A DNA stretch of 64,000 nucleotides, taken from Candidatus Micrarchaeota archaeon (lineage in GTDB: Archaea; Micrarchaeota; Micrarchaeia; Anstonellales; Bilamarchaeaceae). Position numbers and translations under genes: made by a program. Below are positions 10,801 to 18,323 of this stretch, piece by piece. The notes below the pieces were generated by a model. That model saw nothing but the letters and a program-made list of their open reading frames with translations. It made no database searches and was not told the DNA's origin. The stretch lies in contig JBBSVN010000004.1 in assembly GCA_038046765.1 (NCBI GenBank), positions 1 through 64,000 on the forward strand, written 5' to 3'. The number at the start of each line of letters is the position of its first letter. Position 1 is the first letter of the stretch.

Positions 10801-10884
10801 TATGATTTCTTTTGCAGTAATAGAAACGGCAATTACAGATATTACTAGAACTAAGCTAATTACTCCTAAAAGTATATGTTTCAC
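7870..10884 (-). CDS. Membrane-anchored M6-family (immune inhibitor A-like) metalloprotease with Cys-rich repeats
   Basis: N-terminal signal/TM; AAHELSHLFLNLPDLY and YSLM; three CxxxxxC/GGCRxNNDC repeat blocks; C-terminal TM helix. Confidence 0.85.
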   Translation of the reverse strand: MKHILLGVISLVLVISVIAVSITAKEIISSSTKYVDASISDDFNANNDLTINVNSTNKSVNETTEKEMSAKETTETKAVVETPKKEKSIIEHVLTIIDDFIHGKNSKDKDKIVEKTSEKTKEKITDKEVFILANLSNITNSTQNISYLLIGSSGCSGTSSVRTSGQQVSGTGRVLLILWDPQRPTDPAPTKQAVRNIFFGSSNSVSGYFSSVSNNRFTISEVATTDWYTADKPASYYWSQPDTNDADGDGWIIGHNAKYAEAITKASRDFNFASCDDNRDGVLTPNELGIMMVIPQNGDFGTNRPVVGREYPSVQPLIINGIRFTTIAELYAGNPVSIGAGTAAHELSHLFLNLPDLYYTFFYPYAVGEYSLMYFSYNLNYLDAYERYILGWINPNIITNSGTFSLNSRGSGSIPYVITNPSNSNGGSEYFIIENIQRGTAYDNTLPDSGIAIWHIITNSNVYNNLPAPTGVSASNWAKTQGEWGRRGIRLIRYVTGSSATDYNALWKGENFGGTLDLNYSDGSYSGITISRISNLGQSMSFAVTINGIAPLVVPGIIGASCSNANDCQANLACITSYQGRVCSDPNTYGRVVCRSISQCQNTEFCRIGTSFTYDGVCQSGGCRTNNDCTLGAGFAYPQYFCNASSICEYNSSAPNPNGMNCNVDGDCYFGFYCALNVSSNTRSCAYGQSPSQNSPPSSVNATCTIANNCQTNLSCIDQKCVDPSSVGSNACRSNNQCTNTQYCLSAHGYCVRGGCRNNNDCTTQELPYPRYFCNASSICQYNQSFSNSQTENSSLGSVGSICSNANQCKPDLFCNGEVCVDSSSSGWELPCRQNNQCSTVQYCKMPYGYCTNGGCRTNNDCTAQGYNEYVCNANTSRCEPPSISSNTNSNTPAVRTDTATSTQNKVVAPSSEKSVNQISGADKSSSGTTARVSDDPNLKTALDQTGLAIEKDQSNPDSAQFLDSKSEYDSVQIFMILVTIFIFSIVLLYALNHIFLSGKEKDA

Positions 10885-10981
10885 ATATTTTTTATAAATG
10901 AGAAAGTTTAAAAGAGAATAGAGAAAATGAAGAGAAGGAAAAACTGCAGTATTTTTAATCTTTTAACAGTTTATTCTTTTT

Positions 10982-12199
10982 ATGAAATCCGTAATCTTAT
11001 TTATTATTGATGGACTAGGAGATTTACCAACACCAAAGACACCGTTGCAGGTTGCTAAAAAACCCAACATAGATTATTTAGCTAAAAATGGCGCAACGGG
11101 ATTAATGTCTACAATCTCTTTAGGTGTTACTCCTGGAAGTGATGTTTCGCATTTACAGATATTTGGTTATGAACCAAAAAAATATTATCCGGGACGAGGT
11201 CCTTTAGAAGCGCTCGGAGTTGGACTACAACTAAATGACGGCGATGTTGCATTTCGGGCAAACTTTGCTACAGTAAAGGCAAACCAAGTAGTTGACCGGA
11301 GGGCGGGAAGAATAACAACTCAAGATGCAAGAAAATTAGAAAATATAATAAACATGCGCATCGATGATGTTCAAGTTATTTTCAAAAGCAGTGTTGAACA
11401 TCGCGGAGCATTAGTATTACGTGGGCCAGGTTTAAGTCCAAATATTAGTGATACTGACTCCCATAAAATAGGCGAACTTCCAAAATGCGTACCCACTGAT
11501 AGTTCAATGGAAGCAAAAAAAACTAGCGAAATAATTAACAAATTCACAGAACTAGTTTACCAAAAATTAAGTACTCACGAACTTAATAAAGATCGCGAAC
11601 TTCCTGCCAATATGATTGTACTTAGGAGCGCTGGAAGTTTTAGAAAAATTCCAAGTATAAGCGAAAAATTTGGAATAAAATCAGCTTGCGTAGCTGGCGG
11701 AGCTTTGTACAAAGGCGTTTCAAAGTATATTGGAATGAATGTAATTGAAGTAAGTGGAGCAAGCGGAGATGCAAATACGAATCTTAAAGCAAAGGCATTG
11801 GCGGCCATCGAGGCTAGTAAAGCAAATGAATTTGTATTTTTACATGTCAAGGCAGTTGATAGTTTTGGACACGATGGCGACTTTAAGAAGAAAACAAAAA
11901 TGCTTGAACGGATCGATCGTGAACTAGTTAGCGAATTAGTTAAGCATGTTAAAAAGAATAATAAAGACGACCAATGTTTTGTAATAATTACAGGAGATCA
12001 CTCAACACCTTGCATAAGAAAGGCCCACTCAGGCCATGAAGTACCTATACTTATTTTTGGGCAAAGCGAGAGAAAAGACGAAGTTAAGAAGTTTGATGAA
12101 ATAAGTTGCGCAAAAGGAATTTTAGGCCATATAAAAGGAAGCGATGTAATGAATATTGTTCTTAACCTTACGGAAAAGGGGAAGATGTATGGAAGTTAA
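10982..12199 (+). CDS. apgM: 2,3-bisphosphoglycerate-independent phosphoglycerate mutase, archaeal type
   Basis: IIDGLGD, PGSDVSHL, GRGPLEALG, HVKAVDSFGHDG, TGDHSTP. Confidence 0.95.
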   Translation: MKSVILFIIDGLGDLPTPKTPLQVAKKPNIDYLAKNGATGLMSTISLGVTPGSDVSHLQIFGYEPKKYYPGRGPLEALGVGLQLNDGDVAFRANFATVKANQVVDRRAGRITTQDARKLENIINMRIDDVQVIFKSSVEHRGALVLRGPGLSPNISDTDSHKIGELPKCVPTDSSMEAKKTSEIINKFTELVYQKLSTHELNKDRELPANMIVLRSAGSFRKIPSISEKFGIKSACVAGGALYKGVSKYIGMNVIEVSGASGDANTNLKAKALAAIEASKANEFVFLHVKAVDSFGHDGDFKKKTKMLERIDRELVSELVKHVKKNNKDDQCFVIITGDHSTPCIRKAHSGHEVPILIFGQSERKDEVKKFDEISCAKGILGHIKGSDVMNIVLNLTEKGKMYGS

Positions 12200-12213
12200 T
12201 GCGGACGCTTTGC

Positions 12214-13286
12214 TTAAGGGGGAAATAACTTGTTAAACTTTGCAACAACTTTTTTTCTAAATTGATATGTATTGGCAAATTTTGCATATGCTAGCCAACC
12301 GTCTAAACTTTGCAAAACAGCCACTTTTGTTATTTCTCCTTTCTCGTACTTTTGCTTGAATCTTACAAGGCGTTTCCAGATTCTTCTTGCATTGCTCTTT
12401 TTTAGTAAACGATACTTTGGAAAAATCCTAAAACCAAGAAAATTTATTCCTCTTTTTATTTGAATTATTCGGGATTTTTCTGGATGTAATTTTATCTTAA
12501 GTTTTTTCTCAAAAAACTCTTCTATTTTAGTTTTCCATTTTACCAGAACTTTTTGACTTATGTGCAAAATTACAAAATCATCAACGTAGCGTAAATAATA
12601 TTTTGCTTTTAGCTGTTGTTTTACAAAATGATCAAATTCATCAAGATAAATATTAGCAAAAAATTGAGACGTAAGATTGCCAAGTGGCATACCTCTTTGA
12701 GGATTTTCTGTTTTGTGGTTTTTCAATATTATCTCAATTAACCAAATTATTTTTTCATCCTTTATTTTGACCCTGATTTTTTCAAGCAAAATGTTGTGAT
12801 CAACGCTCTGAAAATAATGTTTTATGTCTGCTTTTAGTACGTAACCAATAACTGCGTTTTTAGAGCTCTCTCTCTCTCTTCAAAAATTTGATGGTTAAAC
12901 GTGGTTTCTCTCAAGAACTGTTCAAAACGATTAATGGCGTTGTGCGTACCTTTTCCTTTTCTATTTGCAAATGAGTCATGGATAAACCCTTTCTCAAAAA
13001 TAGGAGTTATGAGATTACATAACGCATGATGAACGACTCTGTCACGAAAATGGGAGGCACTTATTTTTCTTGTTTTTGGATCTCTTACAACAAATGTTTT
13101 TATTGGACTTGGTTGATAAGTGAAGGTTTGAAGTTCAAACTGAAGTTTTAACAAGTTTTCTTTTAAATTTGCTTCAAATTCAATAACATACTTTTTGAAA
13201 GTTTTTCTTTTTCTAGCTTTCTTGAAGGCAAATACGAGATTTTCATAAGAACAAAGCTGAGCATAGAAATTTTTGTAAGATTTCAT
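12214..13286 (-). pseudogene. DGR reverse transcriptase, split by a frameshift in an (AG)7 tract; 356 aa if one AG is removed
   Basis: ORF1 has FRDRVVHHAL and DSFANRKGKG; the second frame has YVLKADIKHYFQSVDH, GMPLGNLTSQFFANIYL, YLRYVDDF and INFLGF. Confidence 0.9.
12866..12879. repeat. (CT)7/(AG)7 microsatellite at the RT frameshift
   Basis: Plus strand reads gagCTCTCTCTCTCTCTtc; encodes EERERA in ORF1. Confidence 0.95.
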
Positions 13287-13332
13287 AAATAAATATAAAG
13301 AAAAAAATTAAAAATAGAATGCAACCCATAGT

Positions 13333-13424
13333 CATTTCGTAACCATTGGACGGCCTATTGTCAAGGTTGACATTCTGCCTGTTGATGTCGTTGACGTTGT
13401 TGTAGCCGAGCCTAACCGGACCAA
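13333..13424 (-). repeat. DGR template repeat (TR)
   Basis: Non-coding and AAC-rich (reads GPVRLGYNNVNDINRQNVNLDNRPSNGYEM); 74/92 identical to VR. Confidence 0.95.
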
Positions 13425-13571
13425 AGGTAACCCGCTTATTATAAATAATATGCTAAAAAACATATTTCACTGCAGTTTCAATTTTCGCAAAAAAACAAAA
13501 CTACTAATTGTCACTGCTGTATTTCACAGCCAACAATCAAATGATTATCGGCACTATAAGCGAGTGTGTGG

Positions 13572-13589
13572 CTAGAGTTTGCACTCTAG
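13572..13589 (-). terminator. Hairpin with GCAA loop between the target stop and TR (terminator or DGR-RNA element)
   Basis: Plus strand CTAGAGT-TTGC-ACTCTAG, a perfect 7-bp stem. Confidence 0.4.
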
Positions 13590-13619
13590 AATTAAGAAAA
13601 AGAATAAAAGAATTTAAAA

Positions 13620-14492
13620 TTAATCCTGTCGCAAGGTTTCTAGAAGTCTTACAATTGCTTCAATCTTTGCATCGCTTCCTCTAATGATTAATTCAGAGTC
13701 TCCTTCATTTAATTGAATAACTTTAGATTGTCTACTAGTTTTAATTTCTTCTTTTGTAGCCGGCGTGCCAGCTTCGCTGGCCTCTGTTACCACCCCGTAA
13801 CCATCGGACGGCCAATCGCCAAGGTAGACACCCTGCCCGTCGACGTCGCCGACGTAGTCGCAGCCGAGCCTAACCGGACCAACTCTTTTATCAACTCTCC
13901 ACAAATGTCTAGCTTTAATTGAATAATCTACTTGACTTGCTTGTGGTATGCCATGAATCGCATCTGGTAAATACCAACCATTTAGAACTGGAAAACCTTC
14001 AACTAAATCAACTCTTTCAACCGATACTGGTAAAACTAATCTGATTGTTCCTTCTTGGTATATACCATAATCAGGATGCTCTGTTACTAAAATTCCGTTT
14101 TTTGTCCTAAGATATTTTTCTGGAATAGGATGTATCCAATTGTACCCTGTATTTGAATCTACATCTACGACTGCATATTGATATCGATTTTTATCTAATT
14201 TAGGAAAATCTCCCAAATCTTTAAGTTTTTGTGCAGCTGCTCCTAATTCTACGTTTGGTTCTACGTAAGCAGTCATTGTTCCAGCCCAGCAAGCAAATGC
14301 ACCTCTAACTTGTTGCCACTCATCGCTTTCAACTAATGCGTTACTTACTCTTTTAACTGAAGCAATAACTCTGCTTTTGTTATCTGCTTTTGCTATTCCT
14401 TCATCAAAAGGAAGTCCTTGTGATCTTGGTATAAATACTTCTAATTTTGGTCCTCTTATTCTTTGAGTTGGTTGTTGGGTTGTTGCATTCAT
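13620..14492 (-). CDS. DGR target protein (variable protein), function unknown
   Basis: Contains the VR (GPVRLGCDYVGDVDGQGVYLGDWPSDGYGV); no signal peptide or TM segment seen. Confidence 0.9.
   Translation of the reverse strand: MNATTQQPTQRIRGPKLEVFIPRSQGLPFDEGIAKADNKSRVIASVKRVSNALVESDEWQQVRGAFACWAGTMTAYVEPNVELGAAAQKLKDLGDFPKLDKNRYQYAVVDVDSNTGYNWIHPIPEKYLRTKNGILVTEHPDYGIYQEGTIRLVLPVSVERVDLVEGFPVLNGWYLPDAIHGIPQASQVDYSIKARHLWRVDKRVGPVRLGCDYVGDVDGQGVYLGDWPSDGYGVVTEASEAGTPATKEEIKTSRQSKVIQLNEGDSELIIRGSDAKIEAIVRLLETLRQD
13767..13781 (-). promoter_or_regulatory. GC-rich hairpin with GAA loop 9 nt downstream of VR (DGR homing stem-loop candidate)
   Basis: GCCAGC-GAA-GCTGGC on the minus strand. Confidence 0.75.
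13791..13882 (-). repeat. DGR variable repeat (VR)
   Basis: 18 mismatches to TR, all at TR adenines (15 A>G, 3 A>T), changing 15 codons. Confidence 0.95.
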
Positions 14493-14622
14493 AAACTTAA
14501 CACCTCTAAATGTTGTAATTATTAGTAAATATACAGTGCATCAAAGTATTTATAAACCATTCTTTTACATTAAAGTTAACTAAACTAGCAAAGTTTTTAA
14601 GACTAGAAGAACATAAGTTTTA

Positions 14623-14850
14623 TTGGTGTTATATTTGCAAGAAACTAAATTTACAAACATTGGTAAAGACTCTGTTTCCAGATTTAATTTAATATATTCA
14701 AACTTACCAATGAATGAAAGAGTGCAGGCAATTGCAGTAATAAATGATGAACCAATAAGCTGGGAAATGGCTCACCGAGAAATAAATAATAAAACATCAT
14801 TAGGAAAAAAAATAATTGATGAACTAACGAAACTAAAGATACTAATATAA
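14623..14850 (+). CDS. Small hypothetical protein (cassette gene 1)
   Basis: 75-aa ORF, co-oriented with and closely spaced to the next two genes; start may be TTG 14635. Confidence 0.7.
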   Translation: MVLYLQETKFTNIGKDSVSRFNLIYSNLPMNERVQAIAVINDEPISWEMAHREINNKTSLGKKIIDELTKLKILI

Positions 14851-14867
14851 TTACAAGGTGCATAAAA

Positions 14868-15068
14868 TTGGTTTCTACTGATGAGAAAAAACTCGTTCTT
14901 GCAAGGCTTGCTACAATGCCCTTAGATATGGAACTTTCTTTAGGAAATGCGGGTTCTTTCGACAAGGAAAAATTAATTAAAGAAGTAAATGCAGGTAGTG
15001 ATATGGGAGACCTTGTAGTGGAGGTATACATGAACTACCTTCGTTCATTTAGCAAGAGGGTTCCTTAA
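14868..15068 (+). CDS. Small hypothetical protein (cassette gene 2), possible paralog of gene 1
   Basis: AGGTG SD upstream; abuts the next gene; shares an E-x4-E[IV]N-x5-G-x2-[IV][IV][DE] pattern with gene 1. Confidence 0.7.
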   Translation: MVSTDEKKLVLARLATMPLDMELSLGNAGSFDKEKLIKEVNAGSDMGDLVVEVYMNYLRSFSKRVP

Positions 15069-15719
15069 ATGCCAACATTTTTGATTACCCTTCCTGAGCA
15101 TGATGACATCACGAATTATTGCTCTAAGTGGAGCGGTGAAATTTTAAAAACTTCGGAAGAAATGAACCACAATACAGTAAAATTAAAAGGCTCGGAAGTA
15201 AATAAGGAGAATTTTATTGTAAGAATTTCTGTGAATAACCCTAATTTCGTTATGCTTAATGGACATGGAACTAATGATTCAATAAATGGACATGCAAACG
15301 AAATTCTTTTAAGTTCTAAAGATAGTATCAACAATCAAAAACTAACTAAAAATAAAATAATTTATATTCGTTCATGCAGTTCTGGAGCCATTCTTGGACC
15401 AGCTTGTATTAAAGCAGAATGTAATGTATTTATTGGATACGTAAAAGAATTTGCAATAATTAGAAGTAAAAGTAAGGTTTCACGACCATTAGAAGATGAG
15501 CGAGCTAAGCCTTTTTTTGACGTATCAAATCAGATACCTCTTGCAATCCTTAGAGGAAGTACCATTGAAGAAGCAACTTATAAGGCAGATATGAGATTAG
15601 AAAAGGAAATTGAGAAATTGATGACTACGGATAATTTTATTGCTTCCCATATTATCCCATGGCTTTTATGGAATCAAAAAATAAGAGTAGTTTTAGGAAA
15701 CGCTACTGCGAAAATGTGA
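15069..15719 (+). CDS. Hypothetical protein with clan CD (caspase/gingipain/CHAT-like) His-Cys dyad motifs
   Basis: FVMLNGHG ... IIYIRSCSSG ... VFIGY ... VVLG. Confidence 0.6.
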   Translation: MPTFLITLPEHDDITNYCSKWSGEILKTSEEMNHNTVKLKGSEVNKENFIVRISVNNPNFVMLNGHGTNDSINGHANEILLSSKDSINNQKLTKNKIIYIRSCSSGAILGPACIKAECNVFIGYVKEFAIIRSKSKVSRPLEDERAKPFFDVSNQIPLAILRGSTIEEATYKADMRLEKEIEKLMTTDNFIASHIIPWLLWNQKIRVVLGNATAKM

Positions 15720-15827
15720 AAATCAAACTAATAATAGAATAATTGAAACCCAACTTTCAATAAACAGGCAAAAATTGAAGTTACGATTTCAATTATTGGT
15801 TTTATTTACTAGTTTAGAATTATAGAT

Positions 15828-15879
15828 CGTTACAAAAATGTTACCGTAGACCCATGTTTTCGTTACAAGAATGTAACGA
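15828..15879. promoter_or_regulatory. Two copies of a palindromic operator-like site upstream of a TA locus
   Basis: CGTTACAaaaaTGTTACC (15828) and TCGTTACAagaaTGTAACGA (15860). Confidence 0.45.
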
Positions 15880-15955
15880 CCAAAGAAAGTTTATTTATTC
15901 AAGTTAGACACATAAATATTTAAATTCCCTTATTTATAATAAATATGGTGATTAT

Positions 15956-16177
15956 GTGACGAATATTACGCTTTCGATACCAGTCGAAGTTAAGAAAATG
16001 ATGGATGAATATTCCGAAGTAAAGTGGAGCGAAGTAGCAAGAAAAGCAATCATAGAGAAACTCGCAATACTTAGGAGACTTGACCAGTTAAGCGTGAGCA
16101 GCAAAATAACTGATGAAGATATTATGAAAATGGAAAAAGAATTAAAAGGCAGAATTGCAAGTAAACACGGGATGTAA
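15956..16177 (+). CDS. Ribbon-helix-helix-like antitoxin
   Basis: TNITLSIP...VKWSEVARKAI; upstream of a PIN remnant. Confidence 0.75.
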   Translation: MTNITLSIPVEVKKMMDEYSEVKWSEVARKAIIEKLAILRRLDQLSVSSKITDEDIMKMEKELKGRIASKHGM

Positions 16178-16474
16178 ATGGAACTAAAACAATACATTCC
16201 TGAGGTTGCAGACAGATATAACTTGAATGAAGAATTTGTAAAAGAAACCATATATTTTATAGAGAATAATATGGAGATAATTCCAAAAGAAGATTACGGA
16301 AATATAGTTGAACAAATAAAAAATGAAATTTCTGATAAGGATGATTTACCTTTGCTAGCTTTGGCAACTATAAAAAATATTTCAATATGATCAAATGACC
16401 CACATTTTATTGAACAAAAAAAGATTGACACTTATACTACGGCAAAATTATTGAAGCAGATTACTATTTTGTAA
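16178..16474 (+). pseudogene. Decayed PIN-domain toxin
   Basis: DKDDLPLLALA..ISI*SNDPHF: TGA at 16388 replaces the W of IWSND, and the N-terminal DTN motif is absent. Confidence 0.75.
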
Positions 16475-17108
16475 GTATACGAATAGGAAACCTCCTCAAA
16501 CTTCCAACCACCGCATCGCATTTCTCATAATTAGTACAAGCAGCAGTCCTTAAACAAACTAATTTCATTCCCGCAGCTTTAACCGAGACCATCCCGCTTT
16601 TAGAGTCTTCAATGCAGACGCACTCGCTTACTTGCAGATTTAATCTTTTTGCAGCTAGCAAATATCCATCTGGCGCTGGTTTTTTGTTTTTTACATCTTC
16701 ACCGCAAATCATCAAATCGATTGAATCAGTTAAACCAAAATTTTCAAGAACAGGTTGAATACTTGGACTATGGCTATTGCTTACGATTGCAACAAGTATA
16801 TCTTGTTTTCTAAGTTTTTTTACAAGTTCAACCGCTCCAGCTTTAGGTTTAACAAGACCTTTTTTAACGTAAGATAGATAAAGTTTTTTTCTTTTGTCTA
16901 ACCAGATTTGAACATCTTGATTTATTTTGTATTCGTTAAAAAGTTTTTCCACTACGTAGCGGGACCCTGTTCCAGTGAATTCAGTAAACCATCTTTTTAT
17001 AGATATTTTTATCCCTAAGGGAGCAAGCAGTTCTTGAAAGCTTCTCATATGAATAATCTCGCTATTTGCAATAACCCCATCAAAATCAAAAAGTACAGCT
17101 TTTATCAT
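16464..17108 (-). CDS. HAD-superfamily phosphatase (beta-PGM-like)
   Basis: FDFDGVI, VSNS, KKPAPDGY, IEDS. Confidence 0.92.
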   Translation of the reverse strand: MIKAVLFDFDGVIANSEIIHMRSFQELLAPLGIKISIKRWFTEFTGTGSRYVVEKLFNEYKINQDVQIWLDKRKKLYLSYVKKGLVKPKAGAVELVKKLRKQDILVAIVSNSHSPSIQPVLENFGLTDSIDLMICGEDVKNKKPAPDGYLLAAKRLNLQVSECVCIEDSKSGMVSVKAAGMKLVCLRTAACTNYEKCDAVVGSLRRFPIRILTK

Positions 17109-17160
17109 AAACTAACTCTTACCTAGGTAATTTTTAAGCATATCTTTTCATAATAAACTT

Positions 17161-18201
17161 ATGAAAATTGTAGCAGTTTTACTTGTAGCAATGTTATTAT
17201 TTGGTTGTACTTTTTTGGATAATAAATCCAATAACGATAAAGTACCTGTTTCAGATAACAAAGTCAATGACACTTCTGAAAAAATAAACGTAAAGATACA
17301 AAACCAGAGCGGGCAAAGTAGCGGATCGAATAATCCGCCAGCACAAAATACAAATATAAGTGGACAAACGAATACAGAACCAATACAAAAAACAAAACTA
17401 GAGTATACATACGATGCTAAAACTCCGTTTTCAATCTACTTTATTAGTGTAGGCGGTGCAGACAACCAGGGAGATTCTATATTAATTAAAAAAGGAGACT
17501 TAACGGTTTTAATTGACGGCGGACCCGCAATTAATGCAGGAAACACAATAAATTTCTTAAAATCCAAAGGAGTTGGAACAATAAATATACTTATTTCTAC
17601 GACCGCAGACCCAGATCATTATGGCGCCCTTTCACAGATAATTGATAATTTTGATGTCCAAGAATTTTGGTACAGCGGAGTAATCGCTGAAGATTTAACA
17701 TATCAAAAACTAATTGATAAGATCGATCAAAAAGGAGTAACTAAAAGAGTAATCGAGAGGGGAGAAAACTACGATTTAAATGGTCTTAATGCATTTATAC
17801 TAAACCCCGAGCAGGGTAAATTTACTGATGCAAGCAACAACGCAATCGCAATCAAATTAACCCAAAATAATTTCTGTGCATTGTTAACTTCAGATATATT
17901 ATTTGGCGCACAAGCGGAAATAGTAAATAAATTTGACACAAAATGTAGTATATTGCAAATACCATACCACGGACTTGGAAAAGGTACGGTTCAGATTGAC
18001 TTCTTATTATTAAGAGTAATGCCAAAAGATGCAATTATAAGCGGGGGAATTAACGACCCGACACCTGGCGGAGTAGGTTCCAGATATTCTGTACTTGAAA
18101 AATTAAAGGCAAAGGCAATAAAAGTTTATGAAAATTACAAAGGAGGAACAATAAAAATTACAAGCGATGGAGTAAGTTACGTAATTAGTTATAATAATTA
18201 G
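17161..18201 (+). CDS. Lipoprotein with ComEC/Rec2-type metallo-beta-lactamase fold, degenerate metal motifs
   Basis: LLFGC lipobox; VG..QGDSILI, LIDGG, TTADPDH, LLTSD, PYHG, ITSDG. Confidence 0.8.
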   Translation: MKIVAVLLVAMLLFGCTFLDNKSNNDKVPVSDNKVNDTSEKINVKIQNQSGQSSGSNNPPAQNTNISGQTNTEPIQKTKLEYTYDAKTPFSIYFISVGGADNQGDSILIKKGDLTVLIDGGPAINAGNTINFLKSKGVGTINILISTTADPDHYGALSQIIDNFDVQEFWYSGVIAEDLTYQKLIDKIDQKGVTKRVIERGENYDLNGLNAFILNPEQGKFTDASNNAIAIKLTQNNFCALLTSDILFGAQAEIVNKFDTKCSILQIPYHGLGKGTVQIDFLLLRVMPKDAIISGGINDPTPGGVGSRYSVLEKLKAKAIKVYENYKGGTIKITSDGVSYVISYNN

Positions 18202-18254
18202 CCATGAGCAATGCGTTAGTGAGCTACGAGTTTTGTTTGCTCACTGCTCAAGGC
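18201..18254. repeat. TGAGC/GCTCA inverted-repeat element
   Basis: GCCaTGAGCA..AGTGAGC..GCTCACTGCTCAaGGC. Confidence 0.65.
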
Positions 18255-18323
18255 AAAATAATAGCATAAAACTTTTTGACAGGATTTTTAGAAACTGCCA
18301 AAAGGTATGTAGGTGTATACCAA

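Larger units (their letters stand above)
12214..14492 (-). mobile_element. Diversity-generating retroelement (target gene with VR, TR, RT)
   Basis: RT gene 46 nt downstream of a 92-bp template repeat; the VR in the upstream gene differs from it only at TR adenines. Confidence 0.96.

Noticed and set aside
12214..13286. RT as group II intron, retron or two separate genes
   Set aside because: No maturase/endonuclease extension, an adjacent A-specific TR/VR pair, and the halves join into one RT by a 2-nt deletion
16388..16390. TGA read as Trp (alternative genetic code)
   Set aside because: TGA ends intact genes (15719, 20226, 33426) and TGG is used normally; the gene is also 5'-truncated, so decay is simpler
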